The notes: generated by a model from the letters alone, not told the origin. Counted from the first letter of the stretch, positions 10,210 to 20,184 are shown. The stretch: DNA of 64,000 bases from Candidatus Pacearchaeota archaeon (GCA_016188825.1 JACPHA010000011.1:80317-144316), one strand, 5' to 3'. Made by a program: numbers and translations.

Positions 10210-10272
10210 CGTGAATTCTGATAATTATAGCACAGATTTATTCAGAATTCCCGTGATAGACAATTCCCAAAA
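10210..10272 (+). repeat. R4 repeat copy (hairpin gaattctg/cagaattc)
   Basis: cgtgaattctgataattatagcacagatttattcagaattcccgtgatagacaattcccaaaaa. Confidence 0.55.
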
Positions 10273-10479
10273 ATCTGCTTCAAGCAAGTGAGCTATCTAT
10301 ATTTTTACCGACGGAAAAATATTTTTCATATCGACTGGAGAAGGCATTATCCCCCATTTTGTTGCAAAAAAAACAAAGTAAGGACGATTTTAATTTTGTA
10401 AACTCCCCTTGGATTATTTTATGACAGAGGCATAGTTTGTCCTTTAAGTTAAGCAAGGAAGAAGTTTTATAAAGCCATA

Positions 10480-11268
10480 TTGTTATTTTTGTTAACGTAT
10501 CTAATAATAAAAAAGGGAAAATTGAGAGAAATTCTATCTATAGCATTTCACAAAGCCGGAAATATTAGGAAGCTTGAAAAAATTACCGGAATACCTAGAG
10601 CCACTTTGTCTGCGTATCATACGGAAAATAGGTTGATTAATCTTAAAAACTTAGAAAAGATTGTTAAGTATCTTGCAATAAAATTTCCCGATAAAGAAAT
10701 AGTAAAGAGATTGCCTCCTAATTGGAAACAGGTCAAAGGAGGTAAGAACAGCGGGGCTATTAGGAAAAGAGAAGGCACATTTGAAAAGCAAATGTTATTG
10801 TGTAGAAAAGGAAGCTCTAGATATATGAAGCTTTGGCATATTACTATGAAGAAGTTAAGCCCGGAGAAGTATTATTCTTCGCAGTTTGAGAAGTTTAAAA
10901 AAATCGGTTTATATAAATTTGAGACCATCGGAAAAATAAAAGTAAGGAATGTTCTTGAGAAAGAGATTGGAGATATTCTTGAAAAGATTAGAGTTGATTA
11001 TAAATATGAAACTCTCGTTAGAGTTGGAAAAAAAGTATTTTTTCCTGATTTTTTTATAGGTGGTAAGGTGATAGTTGAATGTACTATGTGGAGAGGCTTT
11101 GATAAAGCTATAAAATTAAAGGAGAAAATTAAATATTTGGAGAAAAAATATAAGGTTTATGTAGTAATCCCAAAAACTTTAAATAGGTATTACAAGATTC
11201 TTAATCGCAATCTAGTCTTAGGACCGGATGAATTTGTCCCGGTAGCTCAGACTTTTCCTAAATTATAA
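10480..11268 (+). CDS. Hypothetical protein, N-terminal HTH-like and C-terminal PD-(D/E)xK-like region
   Basis: 262 aa ORF; FPDFF..VIVECT..K pattern; last 11 codons overlap the 5' exon of tRNA-Asn. Confidence 0.4.
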   Translation: MLFLLTYLIIKKGKLREILSIAFHKAGNIRKLEKITGIPRATLSAYHTENRLINLKNLEKIVKYLAIKFPDKEIVKRLPPNWKQVKGGKNSGAIRKREGTFEKQMLLCRKGSSRYMKLWHITMKKLSPEKYYSSQFEKFKKIGLYKFETIGKIKVRNVLEKEIGDILEKIRVDYKYETLVRVGKKVFFPDFFIGGKVIVECTMWRGFDKAIKLKEKIKYLEKKYKVYVVIPKTLNRYYKILNRNLVLGPDEFVPVAQTFPKL

Positions 11269-11346
11269 AAAATTTGGATAAGGAGCAATTGGCAGAGCAT
11301 ATGGCTGTTAACCATAGGGTCAGAGGTTCGAGTCCTCTCCGGGACG
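11236..11346 (+). tRNA. tRNA-Asn(GUU) with a ~38-nt intron in the D-loop (non-canonical position, about 11251-11288)
   Basis: 5' exon gtcccgg-ta-gctc-ag; 3' exon ttggca-gagc-a-tatgg-ctGTTaa-ccata-gggtc-agagg-ttcgagt-cctct-ccgggac-g; acceptor stems pair perfectly only across the insert. Confidence 0.55.
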
Positions 11347-11362
11347 TTTTTTCTTAATTTTT

Positions 11363-11605
11363 TCAAGATTTTCTTAGAAAAATTGCTACCAAAATTATCA
11401 AAATAATTATCACTGCAATTATGATTAGTGTTTTAATTTTTTTATTTCTTTTTTCTTTTCTCTTTCTTTCATAATACTTTTCATAAGCCTCTTCGATTTC
11501 TTTTTTTTCCTCGGCTTTTAATTTTGGTGCTTCATGGTTTTTTGAATATTGAAAAGTCATTGTGCCGCCGGTTTGAACTTTTTCTGTCATCTTTATAATA
11601 AACAA
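11363..11605 (-). CDS. Small K/E-rich protein with C-terminal TM anchor
   Basis: 80 aa; C-terminal LIIIAVIIILIILVAIFL. Confidence 0.35.
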   Translation of the reverse strand: MFIIKMTEKVQTGGTMTFQYSKNHEAPKLKAEEKKEIEEAYEKYYERKRKEKRNKKIKTLIIIAVIIILIILVAIFLRKS

Positions 11606-11667
11606 AATAGAAATATAAATTTTACCATTGGCGTTTAATTTTTATAGTTATTTTTTTTAATGAATAT

Positions 11668-12789
11668 ATGAAGAAGGAAAAGAAAAAAGTTGTTGTTGGC
11701 ATTTCAGGCGGGGTTGATTCAAGTGTAGCTGCGCTTTTGTTGAAAAGACAAGGATATGAAGTTATTGGAGTTTTTTTGAAAAATTATTCAGAGACAAAGA
11801 ATAAACTTGGAGGAGAATGCAACTGGATTGAAGAGAGGAGAATTGCGCAGAAAATTGCGGCAATGCTGAAGATTCCTTTGGTGACTGTGGATTATGAGAA
11901 AGAATATAGAAAACTGGTAATAGATAAAATGTTTAATGATTATAAGAAAGGTTTGACGCCAAATCCGGATGTTTTATGCAACAAGGTTAATAAATTTCCA
12001 GGATTGTTAAGAGTTGCTAAGGGGTTTGGAGCAGATTGGATTGCGACCGGACATTATGCACGAATAAAAAATGGTAAAAAAGGATTTGAATTGCTGGCAG
12101 GAAAGGATAGAACAAAAGACCAGTCTTATTTTTTGCATCAACTGGGCCAAGGAACATTGAGCAAAGTTATTTTTCCTTTGGGAGAATATAAGAAAGAGAG
12201 AATTAGAAAAATTGCGAAAAACAAGGGATTTCCAAATTGGAACAAGAAAGGAACAAGCGGAATTTGTTTTGTTGGCAAAGTTGACATGAAAAAGTTTTTG
12301 AAAAAGAAGATTAAAGAAAAACAGGGAAAGGTATTTTCTCCAGAAGGAGAAGTTATTGGAAAACATTCGGGGACAATGTTTTTTACAATTGGCGAAAGGG
12401 CCGGCGAGAAGAAGGGTTTTAGGGTTGATGAAGAATATAGGAAGAAATTTTCTGGAAAAAAACTTTATGTTGCGGAAAAGAGAAAAGGAAATGTTTTGGT
12501 TATTGCGCCTGAGGGGAATTCTGCATTGCAAGCCAAGGAGGTTTTTATTAAGGATTTTCACTTAATTAATCCACGGGAAAAAATTCCTGGAAAAGGATTG
12601 AAGGCAAGAATAAGACATTTGGGGAAATTGAATTCTGGAAAGCTAAGAAGAGAGAAAGGAAGATGGAGTTTTAATTTTGATAGGGGAATTTTCGGGATTG
12701 CTGAAGGGCAGTTTATTGTCATTTATAAAGGTGATAAAGTCATTGGTGGGGGAGAGATTAGGAGAAAATACAACAGAGAACATAAATAA
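11668..12789 (+). CDS. mnmA: tRNA-specific 2-thiouridylase MnmA-like (PP-loop ATPase)
   Basis: 373 aa; SGGVDSS PP-loop, conserved Cys, MnmA-like overall layout. Confidence 0.7.
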   Translation: MKKEKKKVVVGISGGVDSSVAALLLKRQGYEVIGVFLKNYSETKNKLGGECNWIEERRIAQKIAAMLKIPLVTVDYEKEYRKLVIDKMFNDYKKGLTPNPDVLCNKVNKFPGLLRVAKGFGADWIATGHYARIKNGKKGFELLAGKDRTKDQSYFLHQLGQGTLSKVIFPLGEYKKERIRKIAKNKGFPNWNKKGTSGICFVGKVDMKKFLKKKIKEKQGKVFSPEGEVIGKHSGTMFFTIGERAGEKKGFRVDEEYRKKFSGKKLYVAEKRKGNVLVIAPEGNSALQAKEVFIKDFHLINPREKIPGKGLKARIRHLGKLNSGKLRREKGRWSFNFDRGIFGIAEGQFIVIYKGDKVIGGGEIRRKYNREHK

Positions 12790-12864
12790 TTGAGCAGATT
12801 GCCTGTTGTTATAGTTTGAAATAAATTTCGACAACTTTTTATAGATAATTTTCTTTGAATTAAA

Positions 12865-13446
12865 ATGGATTTTGATGAGGTTGTTAGGAATAGGAAATCA
12901 GTGAGAAGCTTTACTGACGGGAAAGTGGGTTGGAGGAATATCATGGACGCTGTTGATTCTGCTTTGCAGGGTCCATTCGCCGGGAACCAAAACAATTTGA
13001 AATTTTTAATTGTTGAAGATAAAGAAAGAATAAAGGAAATTTCTGCTGTTTGTGAGCAGATATGGATTGCAGAAGCTGGAGCTTTGATTGTTGTCTGCTC
13101 AGAAGAAACACATTTAGAGAATGCTTATGGAGAAAGAGGAAGAATTTACTGCAGGCAGCAGGCAGGAGCGGTAATTCAGACTGTTTTGTTTAAACTGATT
13201 GATATTGGCTTGTCGGCTTGTTGGATTGGAGCTTATGACGATGACGCTTTAAGAAGGAAATTAGAAATTCCGAAAGAAATTTTGATAGAGGCGATTATTC
13301 CCCTCGGCTATCAAAAAGGGGATGTTAAAAAACCAAACAAGAAGTCTTTAGAAAGCGCATTGTTTTGGGAAAAATGGGGAAAAACCAAAAGGACAGGAAT
13401 TTTTGAAGAGGAAAAGGAAGATTACAGACCAATGAGAATTGGATGA
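12865..13446 (+). CDS. Nitroreductase-family flavoprotein
   Basis: 193 aa; RKSVRSF N-terminal motif typical of the nitroreductase fold. Confidence 0.55.
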   Translation: MDFDEVVRNRKSVRSFTDGKVGWRNIMDAVDSALQGPFAGNQNNLKFLIVEDKERIKEISAVCEQIWIAEAGALIVVCSEETHLENAYGERGRIYCRQQAGAVIQTVLFKLIDIGLSACWIGAYDDDALRRKLEIPKEILIEAIIPLGYQKGDVKKPNKKSLESALFWEKWGKTKRTGIFEEEKEDYRPMRIG

Positions 13447-13633
13447 TTTTTGTTGCGAATATCCTATTAATAGTTATGATAATTAGCCCTTATCAAAAAC
13501 AATTTATTAATTTCATATTTATAACGCGCCGGTACAACGGATAAATCTGTTATTCCAAATAACTCAAATTATTGGCAATAAGAAAAAAATTTGAAAAGAA
13601 AAAAAGAAAAAGAAAAGATTGAAAATTAAAAAA

Positions 13634-14716
13634 TTATCTGAAGACTTCGATGCCGAGATCTGTCATTTCTGGCCTCATAGTTTCTGTTTCTTTGAAGCCT
13701 GCTTTTCCTAGGACATAAGGTGATTTGACACCAGTCATTATTGTTATGACTCTTACTTTGCCGCCAAATTCTTTGTTGATTCTTGCTCCGATAATTACTT
13801 GCGCTTCTGGGCTTAGGTTTTCTGTTACGAGTTCTCCGACGCCAGAAAATTCTTCAAGCTTGAAATCTGGACCGCAGGTTATATGGATTAAAGCTCCTGT
13901 TGCTCCGCGGTAATCAACGTCAAGCAAAGGTTGTGTTAATGCTTGTCTTACAGCTTCGTCCACTCTTGTTTGTGATGCATCAGACTCGCCGACTCCGATA
14001 ACTGCCACATCACCGTTCTTCATAATTGCGGAAACGTCTGCGTAGTCAAGATTAATCAATGATGGCAAAGTAATAGTTTCGACTATACCTTTAATCATTG
14101 TGCTAACTAACTCATTAGCTACCGCAAAGGCTTGTTCCATTGGCAAATTACCTGCGATATCAACCAGTCTGTTGTTGTCAATTAATATCGCCGTGTCGAC
14201 TACTTCTGTTAACTCTTGTAGACCAAATTCAGCTTTTTCTTGTCTGGCTTTTTCACATTCAAAAGGCAACGTTGCGACAGCAATAACCACTGCTCCTGAT
14301 TCTTTTGCTAGTTGAGCTACTACCGGAGCCGCACCTGTCCCTGTTCCTCCTCCAAGTCCTACAAGAATGAATGTCATATCAGCCCCGCCTGTTGCTTTTT
14401 TCAAGTCGGATAAAGCTTCTTTTGCAGCTTCTCGTCCTTTTTGAGGATAGCCACCACAACCAAGACCTCGAGTTAACTCTTTTCCTATTAGAATTTTCTC
14501 GTCGGATTTTGAAATACTTAAGTGCAAGGCGTCGGTATTGACGCTATAAACACTTGCTCCGTTGATTCCTTTGTTGAAAAGCCATGTTGCTGCATTGCAA
14601 CCAGCTCCGCCGATGCCAAAAACCTTGATGTTTGCTTTTCCAGCCCTTAGTTCAGAAAAATTAATGCTGTGTGTTGCGGCATTTTGTATTGCTTCTTTCG
14701 CGAAATCAAGTACCAT
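13634..14716 (-). CDS. ftsZ: Cell division GTPase FtsZ
   Basis: 360 aa; GIGGAGCNA and tubulin signature GGGTGTGAAP. Confidence 0.9.
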   Translation of the reverse strand: MVLDFAKEAIQNAATHSINFSELRAGKANIKVFGIGGAGCNAATWLFNKGINGASVYSVNTDALHLSISKSDEKILIGKELTRGLGCGGYPQKGREAAKEALSDLKKATGGADMTFILVGLGGGTGTGAAPVVAQLAKESGAVVIAVATLPFECEKARQEKAEFGLQELTEVVDTAILIDNNRLVDIAGNLPMEQAFAVANELVSTMIKGIVETITLPSLINLDYADVSAIMKNGDVAVIGVGESDASQTRVDEAVRQALTQPLLDVDYRGATGALIHITCGPDFKLEEFSGVGELVTENLSPEAQVIIGARINKEFGGKVRVITIMTGVKSPYVLGKAGFKETETMRPEMTDLGIEVFR

Positions 14717-15212
14717 TTATTTCTTACCTCCTTTCATTTTTGTTTTTTGTTAAATTTATTTGAAAAATTATGTTAAGAGGACTTTAAATATTTGATTGTT
14801 GTTGAAAATTATGTTTATTGTTATTTGAAAATTGCAAAATTTTAGAAAAATTGAGGATTTTTGGTAGGAAAATGGAAAAATAAATATAAATTTTAATAAA
14901 AATTGATTACACTATTATTATAATTGACAAATATTTTTCTAGGTGATTAATGCATTAACGAACCAGATTGTTTATATTTATAGACGATAAAATAGTGAAA
15001 AATATGTGCAAGCAATTAAAATGCGAACTTTAATAAAATCAATATAAAGATAGTTATCTTACATCGGGGATTTATCGACGTTATTTACTAATTATTGAAA
15101 TGAGTTGAATAGTTTTATAATCTCTTTAAAGAGGCAGTTTAGTTCGGAATTGACCTAGTCACCTTTTTCTATATGACAACAAAACTTAAAAACCAACGCT
15201 CTCTAAAGAATT

Positions 15213-15509
15213 ATGGCAGATGATCTTCCAGAAATTTTAGATAAAGCTAAAGGAGTGATACTTGAGATTAACACAGAACGCGTTTATGTAAGTTTATATC
15301 GCGGCGAGGACGAATATGTTACTGATTTAGACAGAAAATATTTTGAAGAAAATAACGTGCCTTTAAGACAAGGCGAGGGATTTGATTTTGAGGTTGAAAA
15401 ATATAGTAATGGTAGAGAAGAGATAATAGTAAAGCCGCATCTTCATCTACCTATAACTCCGGAAGTTAAAGAAAGAATAGAAAAAGAAATAAGAGAGTTA
15501 TTAGACTAA
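15213..15509 (+). CDS. Hypothetical acidic small protein
   Basis: 98 aa ORF with typical composition. Confidence 0.35.
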   Translation: MADDLPEILDKAKGVILEINTERVYVSLYRGEDEYVTDLDRKYFEENNVPLRQGEGFDFEVEKYSNGREEIIVKPHLHLPITPEVKERIEKEIRELLD

Positions 15510-16177
15510 ATTTTCTCGAGAATTTGCGCTTTGACATTTAAATCGTTACAGAGCTTGATGAATTTTTCTGCATCTGCGAGAGTTCCCGCGACGCCTGCGC
15601 CATAGTGCATGGGTATTGCGAGGTCTGGGCTTAATATATTTGCAACTTCAGCTGCCTCATCTGAATCCATCACATAAGTGCCAGAAACTGGTAAGAGGGC
15701 TACAAAAAAATTGCCATGTTTTCCATAACCAGTCAATTTTTCCATTTCGGGAATTTTGTCGGTGTCTCCTGAATGATACAAAACAACATTATTTAGTTTG
15801 ACAACGTAGCCCAGCCATTCTTCTGATTTGGGGTGAAATTTTTTATCGACATTGTATGCACTCACTGCTTCAATTTTAAAACCATTGAATTTAATTTCAT
15901 CTCCTATTTCTATTAGCTGCATCTCAATATTTTTTATTTTTGTTATTTTGCTCTGCGCATCTGCTGGAATAATAATTGTTGTTCCTTGCTTGGATAATTT
16001 TTCGATGTCTTTGATGCTGCAGTGGTCGTAATGGCTGTGCGTGATTAGGATTAAATCAACCTTTGGAACATTTTCTGAAACATTGTAAGGATCAATGGCT
16101 ATTTTTTTGCCTTCGTTACAACTAATTAAAAAGCCAGAATGGCCTAAAAATTCCAATTCAATATCATCGATTTTCAT
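15506..16177 (-). CDS. MBL-fold metallo-hydrolase
   Basis: 223 aa; HxHxDH motif (ITHSHYDH). Confidence 0.65.
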   Translation of the reverse strand: MKIDDIELEFLGHSGFLISCNEGKKIAIDPYNVSENVPKVDLILITHSHYDHCSIKDIEKLSKQGTTIIIPADAQSKITKIKNIEMQLIEIGDEIKFNGFKIEAVSAYNVDKKFHPKSEEWLGYVVKLNNVVLYHSGDTDKIPEMEKLTGYGKHGNFFVALLPVSGTYVMDSDEAAEVANILSPDLAIPMHYGAGVAGTLADAEKFIKLCNDLNVKAQILEKI

Positions 16178-16249
16178 CTTTATTCATGATAAAAAAAGGA
16201 TTTAAAGTTAATTGTTTTGCAGAGGATTTATATATAATCAGAGTGTTGG

Positions 16250-16642
16250 TTGCTTATGAATGTTCCAATATTAGTCACTGCATCAATTATGAAAAATAAT
16301 GGTAAATATTTGATAACACAGAGGCCTGAAAATACTCATAACGGTTTGAGATGGGAATTTCCTGGGGGGAAGCTTAATTTTGGTGAAGACCCAAGGAAAT
16401 GTTTGAAGAGAGAAATAAAAGAAGAGCTGGGAGTTGATATTGAAGTTTTGGACATCTTTGAATATTCATCTCATGTTTATGAAAATACAAAACATATTGT
16501 GTTATTGGCCTTTATTTGCAAATATCGTGGTGGAGAAATAAAAAAATTACACATTAAAGATTATGCTTGGGTAACAAAAAAAGAAATGAGCAAATATGAT
16601 ATAACACAAGCAGATTTGCCTTTTGTGAGGAAATTGGGATGA
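16250..16642 (+). CDS. Nudix hydrolase
   Basis: 130 aa; Nudix box GGKLNFGEDPRKCLKREIKEELG. Confidence 0.75.
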   Translation: MLMNVPILVTASIMKNNGKYLITQRPENTHNGLRWEFPGGKLNFGEDPRKCLKREIKEELGVDIEVLDIFEYSSHVYENTKHIVLLAFICKYRGGEIKKLHIKDYAWVTKKEMSKYDITQADLPFVRKLG

Positions 16643-16648
16643 TTAATT

Positions 16649-17212
16649 TTAGGGTTGCCATTCAATATGTCTGAAAATGCCCCTGCATCGACCTATTTTT
16701 CCGTCATACATTAAAATTTTAATATTATTAACTTTAAGAAGATGAAATGCATCTCTGAGTTCTGGCCGCCAGTCTTCAAGAGTTCTGTCAACCATTTGTT
16801 TATGGCATACTAATTTATTGATGCCTGAGTAAATGATTGCGTTTGCACAAGGAAGGCAGGGAGCCCAGGGCATTATCATGATAAGCCCTTCGGTTTTTAT
16901 TCCTTTTTTAGCTGCTTTGTATACTGCTGCTCTTTCAGCATGATTATTTATTGTATATTTTTTTGGCCTTTCTAATGCCCCTGGAATTTGCCCTGTTCCT
17001 GGAGGAAAATGGTTATTTGTCTTCACAAGAATTTTCAATTTTTTATCAACGAGCAGAACACCCGTTTTTGTAGAATCATCATCGCTATGATACCAAGCTT
17101 GTTTATACGCTTCTCTTAATAAATCACTAAATTTCTTCTCGGTTGTGAATGTTACGTACTCTCTATACCAATTATTTTCAGCTGTGTTGTTCATTGCTTG
17201 TTCTAATGCCAT
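16649..17212 (-). CDS. dCMP/cytidine deaminase family protein
   Basis: 187 aa; zinc-binding HAE ... PCLPC motifs. Confidence 0.65.
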   Translation of the reverse strand: MALEQAMNNTAENNWYREYVTFTTEKKFSDLLREAYKQAWYHSDDDSTKTGVLLVDKKLKILVKTNNHFPPGTGQIPGALERPKKYTINNHAERAAVYKAAKKGIKTEGLIMIMPWAPCLPCANAIIYSGINKLVCHKQMVDRTLEDWRPELRDAFHLLKVNNIKILMYDGKIGRCRGIFRHIEWQP

Positions 17213-17250
17213 TTTGTTTTTAAAAGTTTCTTTTTGGTTTTAATTAGATA

Positions 17251-17814
17251 CTATAAAAACCAAATAAGTGATTCAAATTTAGATTCAAGTGATTCAAACT
17301 TGGATTCAGGAAAGTCGGACTCAAATTTTTCTTCTTCTCTGCAAGCCTCACCCAAAGAGCCCATAACTTTCGACCAAAATCTTTTACTTTCTTCTATTTC
17401 TTCTTCCCTTTCTTTAGGGATGGTTTTTCTTATAGATATATAATTATCATATGAAGCGGCACATTCTTCTCTTATGAAATCTCCGTATTTTTCTATCAAA
17501 GCATCATATCTTCCAAAAAAACGATCCGTATTATTGTCTTTTAAGGATAATTTACAAAGAGGATGAAATTTTACAGCAGCTTTGCATTTTTCAGTAAGAG
17601 TTTCTAAGCCTTCTTCCAAGTTTTCGTAATTTGCATATTGTTTTCTTTTATTAAAAAAATCTCCTGGTCTTTTTTGCGTCATTCTTCCAATCATGCTTAA
17701 GACCGCCAATGTTATTTTAGAACCTAGGGGAACACAAGAGTATTCTTTCTTAATGGCTGCTTCATAAAGCACCGATGCTGCTGCCAGTGCGTTATATTCG
17801 TTTCTTTTTCTCAT
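17251..17814 (-). CDS. Hypothetical protein with C-terminal ESKFESL tandem repeats
   Basis: 187 aa ORF; 3' end contains ~21-bp tandem DNA repeats (gattcaaa(t/c)ttggattca..). Confidence 0.35.
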   Translation of the reverse strand: MRKRNEYNALAAASVLYEAAIKKEYSCVPLGSKITLAVLSMIGRMTQKRPGDFFNKRKQYANYENLEEGLETLTEKCKAAVKFHPLCKLSLKDNNTDRFFGRYDALIEKYGDFIREECAASYDNYISIRKTIPKEREEEIEESKRFWSKVMGSLGEACREEEKFESDFPESKFESLESKFESLIWFL

Positions 17815-17911
17815 TTTATTTTTCTTATTAAACTGATAGAAACAGAATAAAAGTCTATTTTTAAATCTTCCGTTTTCGTTATTACTTTATAGAAATTACT
17901 TATTTAACTTT

Positions 17912-18301
17912 CTACTTCACAAATTTAACATTTGGAAGGGTTTTAAAACCGTCATCGCCTGTGAGAAATTTAACATTATGAGATTTTGCTACAATATAAC
18001 CAAGGCAATCAAGATAGGACAATTTTCTTTTTATTTCTTTAAATCGGAATTTTGCTGCCTTTTTTATATGCTCAGAATTTATTTCAACACAAGAGCTTAT
18101 TAATCGATTAAAAAAATTTTCTGCGAGTTCCAAATTATTATCTCTCATTAGAGTATAATAAAGTTCGTAGAGATTCATTATGGTTGTTATTATCGTGTAT
18201 CCTCCTGTGAACCCCTTATAAGTATTTTCTCCAGTTGCTATTGCATAAAGCGCATAGGTGTCATAAAACAAGACTTTACGACCATCCTTTTCTTGATTCA
18301 T
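17912..18301 (-). CDS. vapC: PIN-domain ribonuclease (VapC-like toxin)
   Basis: 129 aa; acidic PIN residues (FYDTYAL.., LDCLGY.., FLTGDDG). Confidence 0.55.
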   Translation of the reverse strand: MNQEKDGRKVLFYDTYALYAIATGENTYKGFTGGYTIITTIMNLYELYYTLMRDNNLELAENFFNRLISSCVEINSEHIKKAAKFRFKEIKRKLSYLDCLGYIVAKSHNVKFLTGDDGFKTLPNVKFVK

Positions 18302-18488
18302 CTTTCATTTTTTGAGGAGTTTTGCTAGTTTTTAATTTGCCAAAAAGGTCGCTTAAATCTGTGGTTTTTTCGATGGTAATTTTAACTTTGTCTTTTGGTT
18401 TTATTCTTGCTAATTCAACAATTTTTTTTGGTATGATTACTGCTATCGAATCTCCCCATCTTCTAGTCAACGCTTCTATCTGTGTCAT
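18276..18488 (-). CDS. vapB: AbrB/MazE-type antitoxin (VapB-like)
   Basis: 70 aa; SpoVT/AbrB swapped-hairpin motif (GDSIAVIIPKKIVELARIKPKDKVKI); overlaps downstream PIN gene. Confidence 0.5.
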   Translation of the reverse strand: MTQIEALTRRWGDSIAVIIPKKIVELARIKPKDKVKITIEKTTDLSDLFGKLKTSKTPQKMKDESRKGWS

Positions 18489-18661
18489 GATATGATATAT
18501 CTCATGATATATTTAAATCTTTGGTTTTATTAATGATTTTTTATTAATAAAAACAATTAGTGATAATAAAAATGTATAATCAATAATCTCTTCGACAATT
18601 CATAAAAATAAATAATATAGAGAGTTTTGACAAACCCTAAAAATCTTCAAAACTCTCTAAG

Positions 18662-18746
18662 AAGGACTCAAAGAACAAGTTCTTTGATACATTCAACTGG
18701 AAGTTGAAGTCTTTGAAAAAATCAGAAAAATAGAGGTTATTCAAAG
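18662..18746 (+). repeat. R3 85-bp direct repeat (left of gatA)
   Basis: aaggactcaaagaacaagttctttgatacattcaactggaagttgaagtctttgaaaaaatcagaaaaatagaggttattcaaag. Confidence 0.7.
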
Positions 18747-18773
18747 TCCTCTATAATAAATAGGCATCTTGTT

Positions 18774-18842
18774 ATGTCAAGAATTTAATTGTCAGAATTC
18801 TTGGTGTCCAAAAGTCCAAACACACACAAGGACTTTTTGATG
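18774..18842 (+). repeat. R2 family copy
   Basis: identical to 10111-10180. Confidence 0.7.
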
Positions 18843-18888
18843 ATTAATTGAATTTCTTGAAAATATAGGTTATTCCAAGTTTTCTATT

Positions 18889-20184
18889 TTATAATTCCTC
18901 AACTTTCTTTGCAATGCTTAACATCTTGGCATCTTGGTTTTTTGCACAGGTAATTTGTAAGCCGATTGGTATGTTATTGAGGGTTCCTGCGGGAATTGAG
19001 ACAGCACAGACTTCTGCGAGATTTGCAGGAATTGTTAAGGCGTCACTTAAATAAACTTGCTCTGGCGTCATTTTTTTTGTTTCGCCAATGTTCCAAGGCA
19101 AGAAGGGGACAGTTGGGAGGGCAATGCAGTCAACATGTTTAAAGGCAGATTCGAATTCTTCTTTAATTAATTCTTTAACTTCGAGGGATTTTCGATAATA
19201 CGCACCCTCTAATTCAGCGCGGGTTATTTCCTTTCCTCCGAGAATTCTTCTCAAAACTTCGGAACCACAGGCATCTTCAATTTTTTTCCCATAGCGTCTG
19301 CCGTCGAATCTTCGTGTTGCCGAGAAAAATTCTGCATAAACTAAGGGTATATAGGTTTGAACAGCCAATTCAATGTGATTTATTTTAATTTCTTTTGTTT
19401 GCCAGTTATAATGTTTTTCTAACTCTTCTATTTTTTTATTAATTATTTCTTGGATTTTTTTGTCAACACTCGGAATTTTTAATACACCAATACTTATTTT
19501 ATCTATTTTTTGTGGTTTTATTGGTTCAGAGGCAAAAGTTGTTGTATCTTTGTCGTCTTTTCCTTTTATTATATCGAGTAGAAGAATTGCGTCATCAACA
19601 TTTTTTGTTAATGTTCCAATTTGGTCTAGGCTCATTGCCAAATCAATTAAACCATATCTTGAGACTAAGCCATAGCTTGGTTTTAGTCCTACAATTCCGC
19701 AATATGATGCAGGGTTTCTTATGCTTCCTCCTGTATCACTGCCCAAGGCAGCGTCGCAAAATTCTGCTGAAACCGCTGCGGCAGAGCCAGAGCTTGAGCC
19801 GCCTGGAATTTTTCCTGGCAAGAGCGGATTTTGTGTTGGCCCGAAAGCGCTTGTTTCTCCGGACGAGCCTGCTGCAAATTCATCGCAATTTGTCATTCCG
19901 ATAATCAAGCCATCTTCTGCTTTTATTTTTTCAATGACTGTTGCATTGTAAGTTCCATAATAATTTTCCAATGTTTTAGATGCGCACGTGATTGGAAGGC
20001 CTTTTACATTTATGTTGCTTTTTACGCCTAAAACATAACCATAGAGTCTGCCTTTATTATTTTTTTTGTCTATCTCAATAGCTTCATTTATTGCATTTTT
20101 ATTTATGTGCAAGAAGGCATTTATTTTTTTATCTTCTTTTTCTATTTTTTCCAAATAATGCTTAACTTTTTCTGTCAGGCTCAT
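18889..20184 (-). CDS. gatA: Glu-tRNA(Gln) amidotransferase subunit A
   Basis: 431 aa; amidase signature GGSSSGSAAAVSA, GatA-like layout; flanked by 85-bp direct repeats. Confidence 0.8.
   Translation of the reverse strand: MSLTEKVKHYLEKIEKEDKKINAFLHINKNAINEAIEIDKKNNKGRLYGYVLGVKSNINVKGLPITCASKTLENYYGTYNATVIEKIKAEDGLIIGMTNCDEFAAGSSGETSAFGPTQNPLLPGKIPGGSSSGSAAAVSAEFCDAALGSDTGGSIRNPASYCGIVGLKPSYGLVSRYGLIDLAMSLDQIGTLTKNVDDAILLLDIIKGKDDKDTTTFASEPIKPQKIDKISIGVLKIPSVDKKIQEIINKKIEELEKHYNWQTKEIKINHIELAVQTYIPLVYAEFFSATRRFDGRRYGKKIEDACGSEVLRRILGGKEITRAELEGAYYRKSLEVKELIKEEFESAFKHVDCIALPTVPFLPWNIGETKKMTPEQVYLSDALTIPANLAEVCAVSIPAGTLNNIPIGLQITCAKNQDAKMLSIAKKVEEL

Noticed and set aside
12007-12561. 184-aa minus-strand ORF inside mnmA
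   Set aside because: Antisense to conserved PP-loop ATPase gene; odd composition
19460-20031. Plus-strand ORFs inside gatA
   Set aside because: Antisense to a well-supported amidase gene
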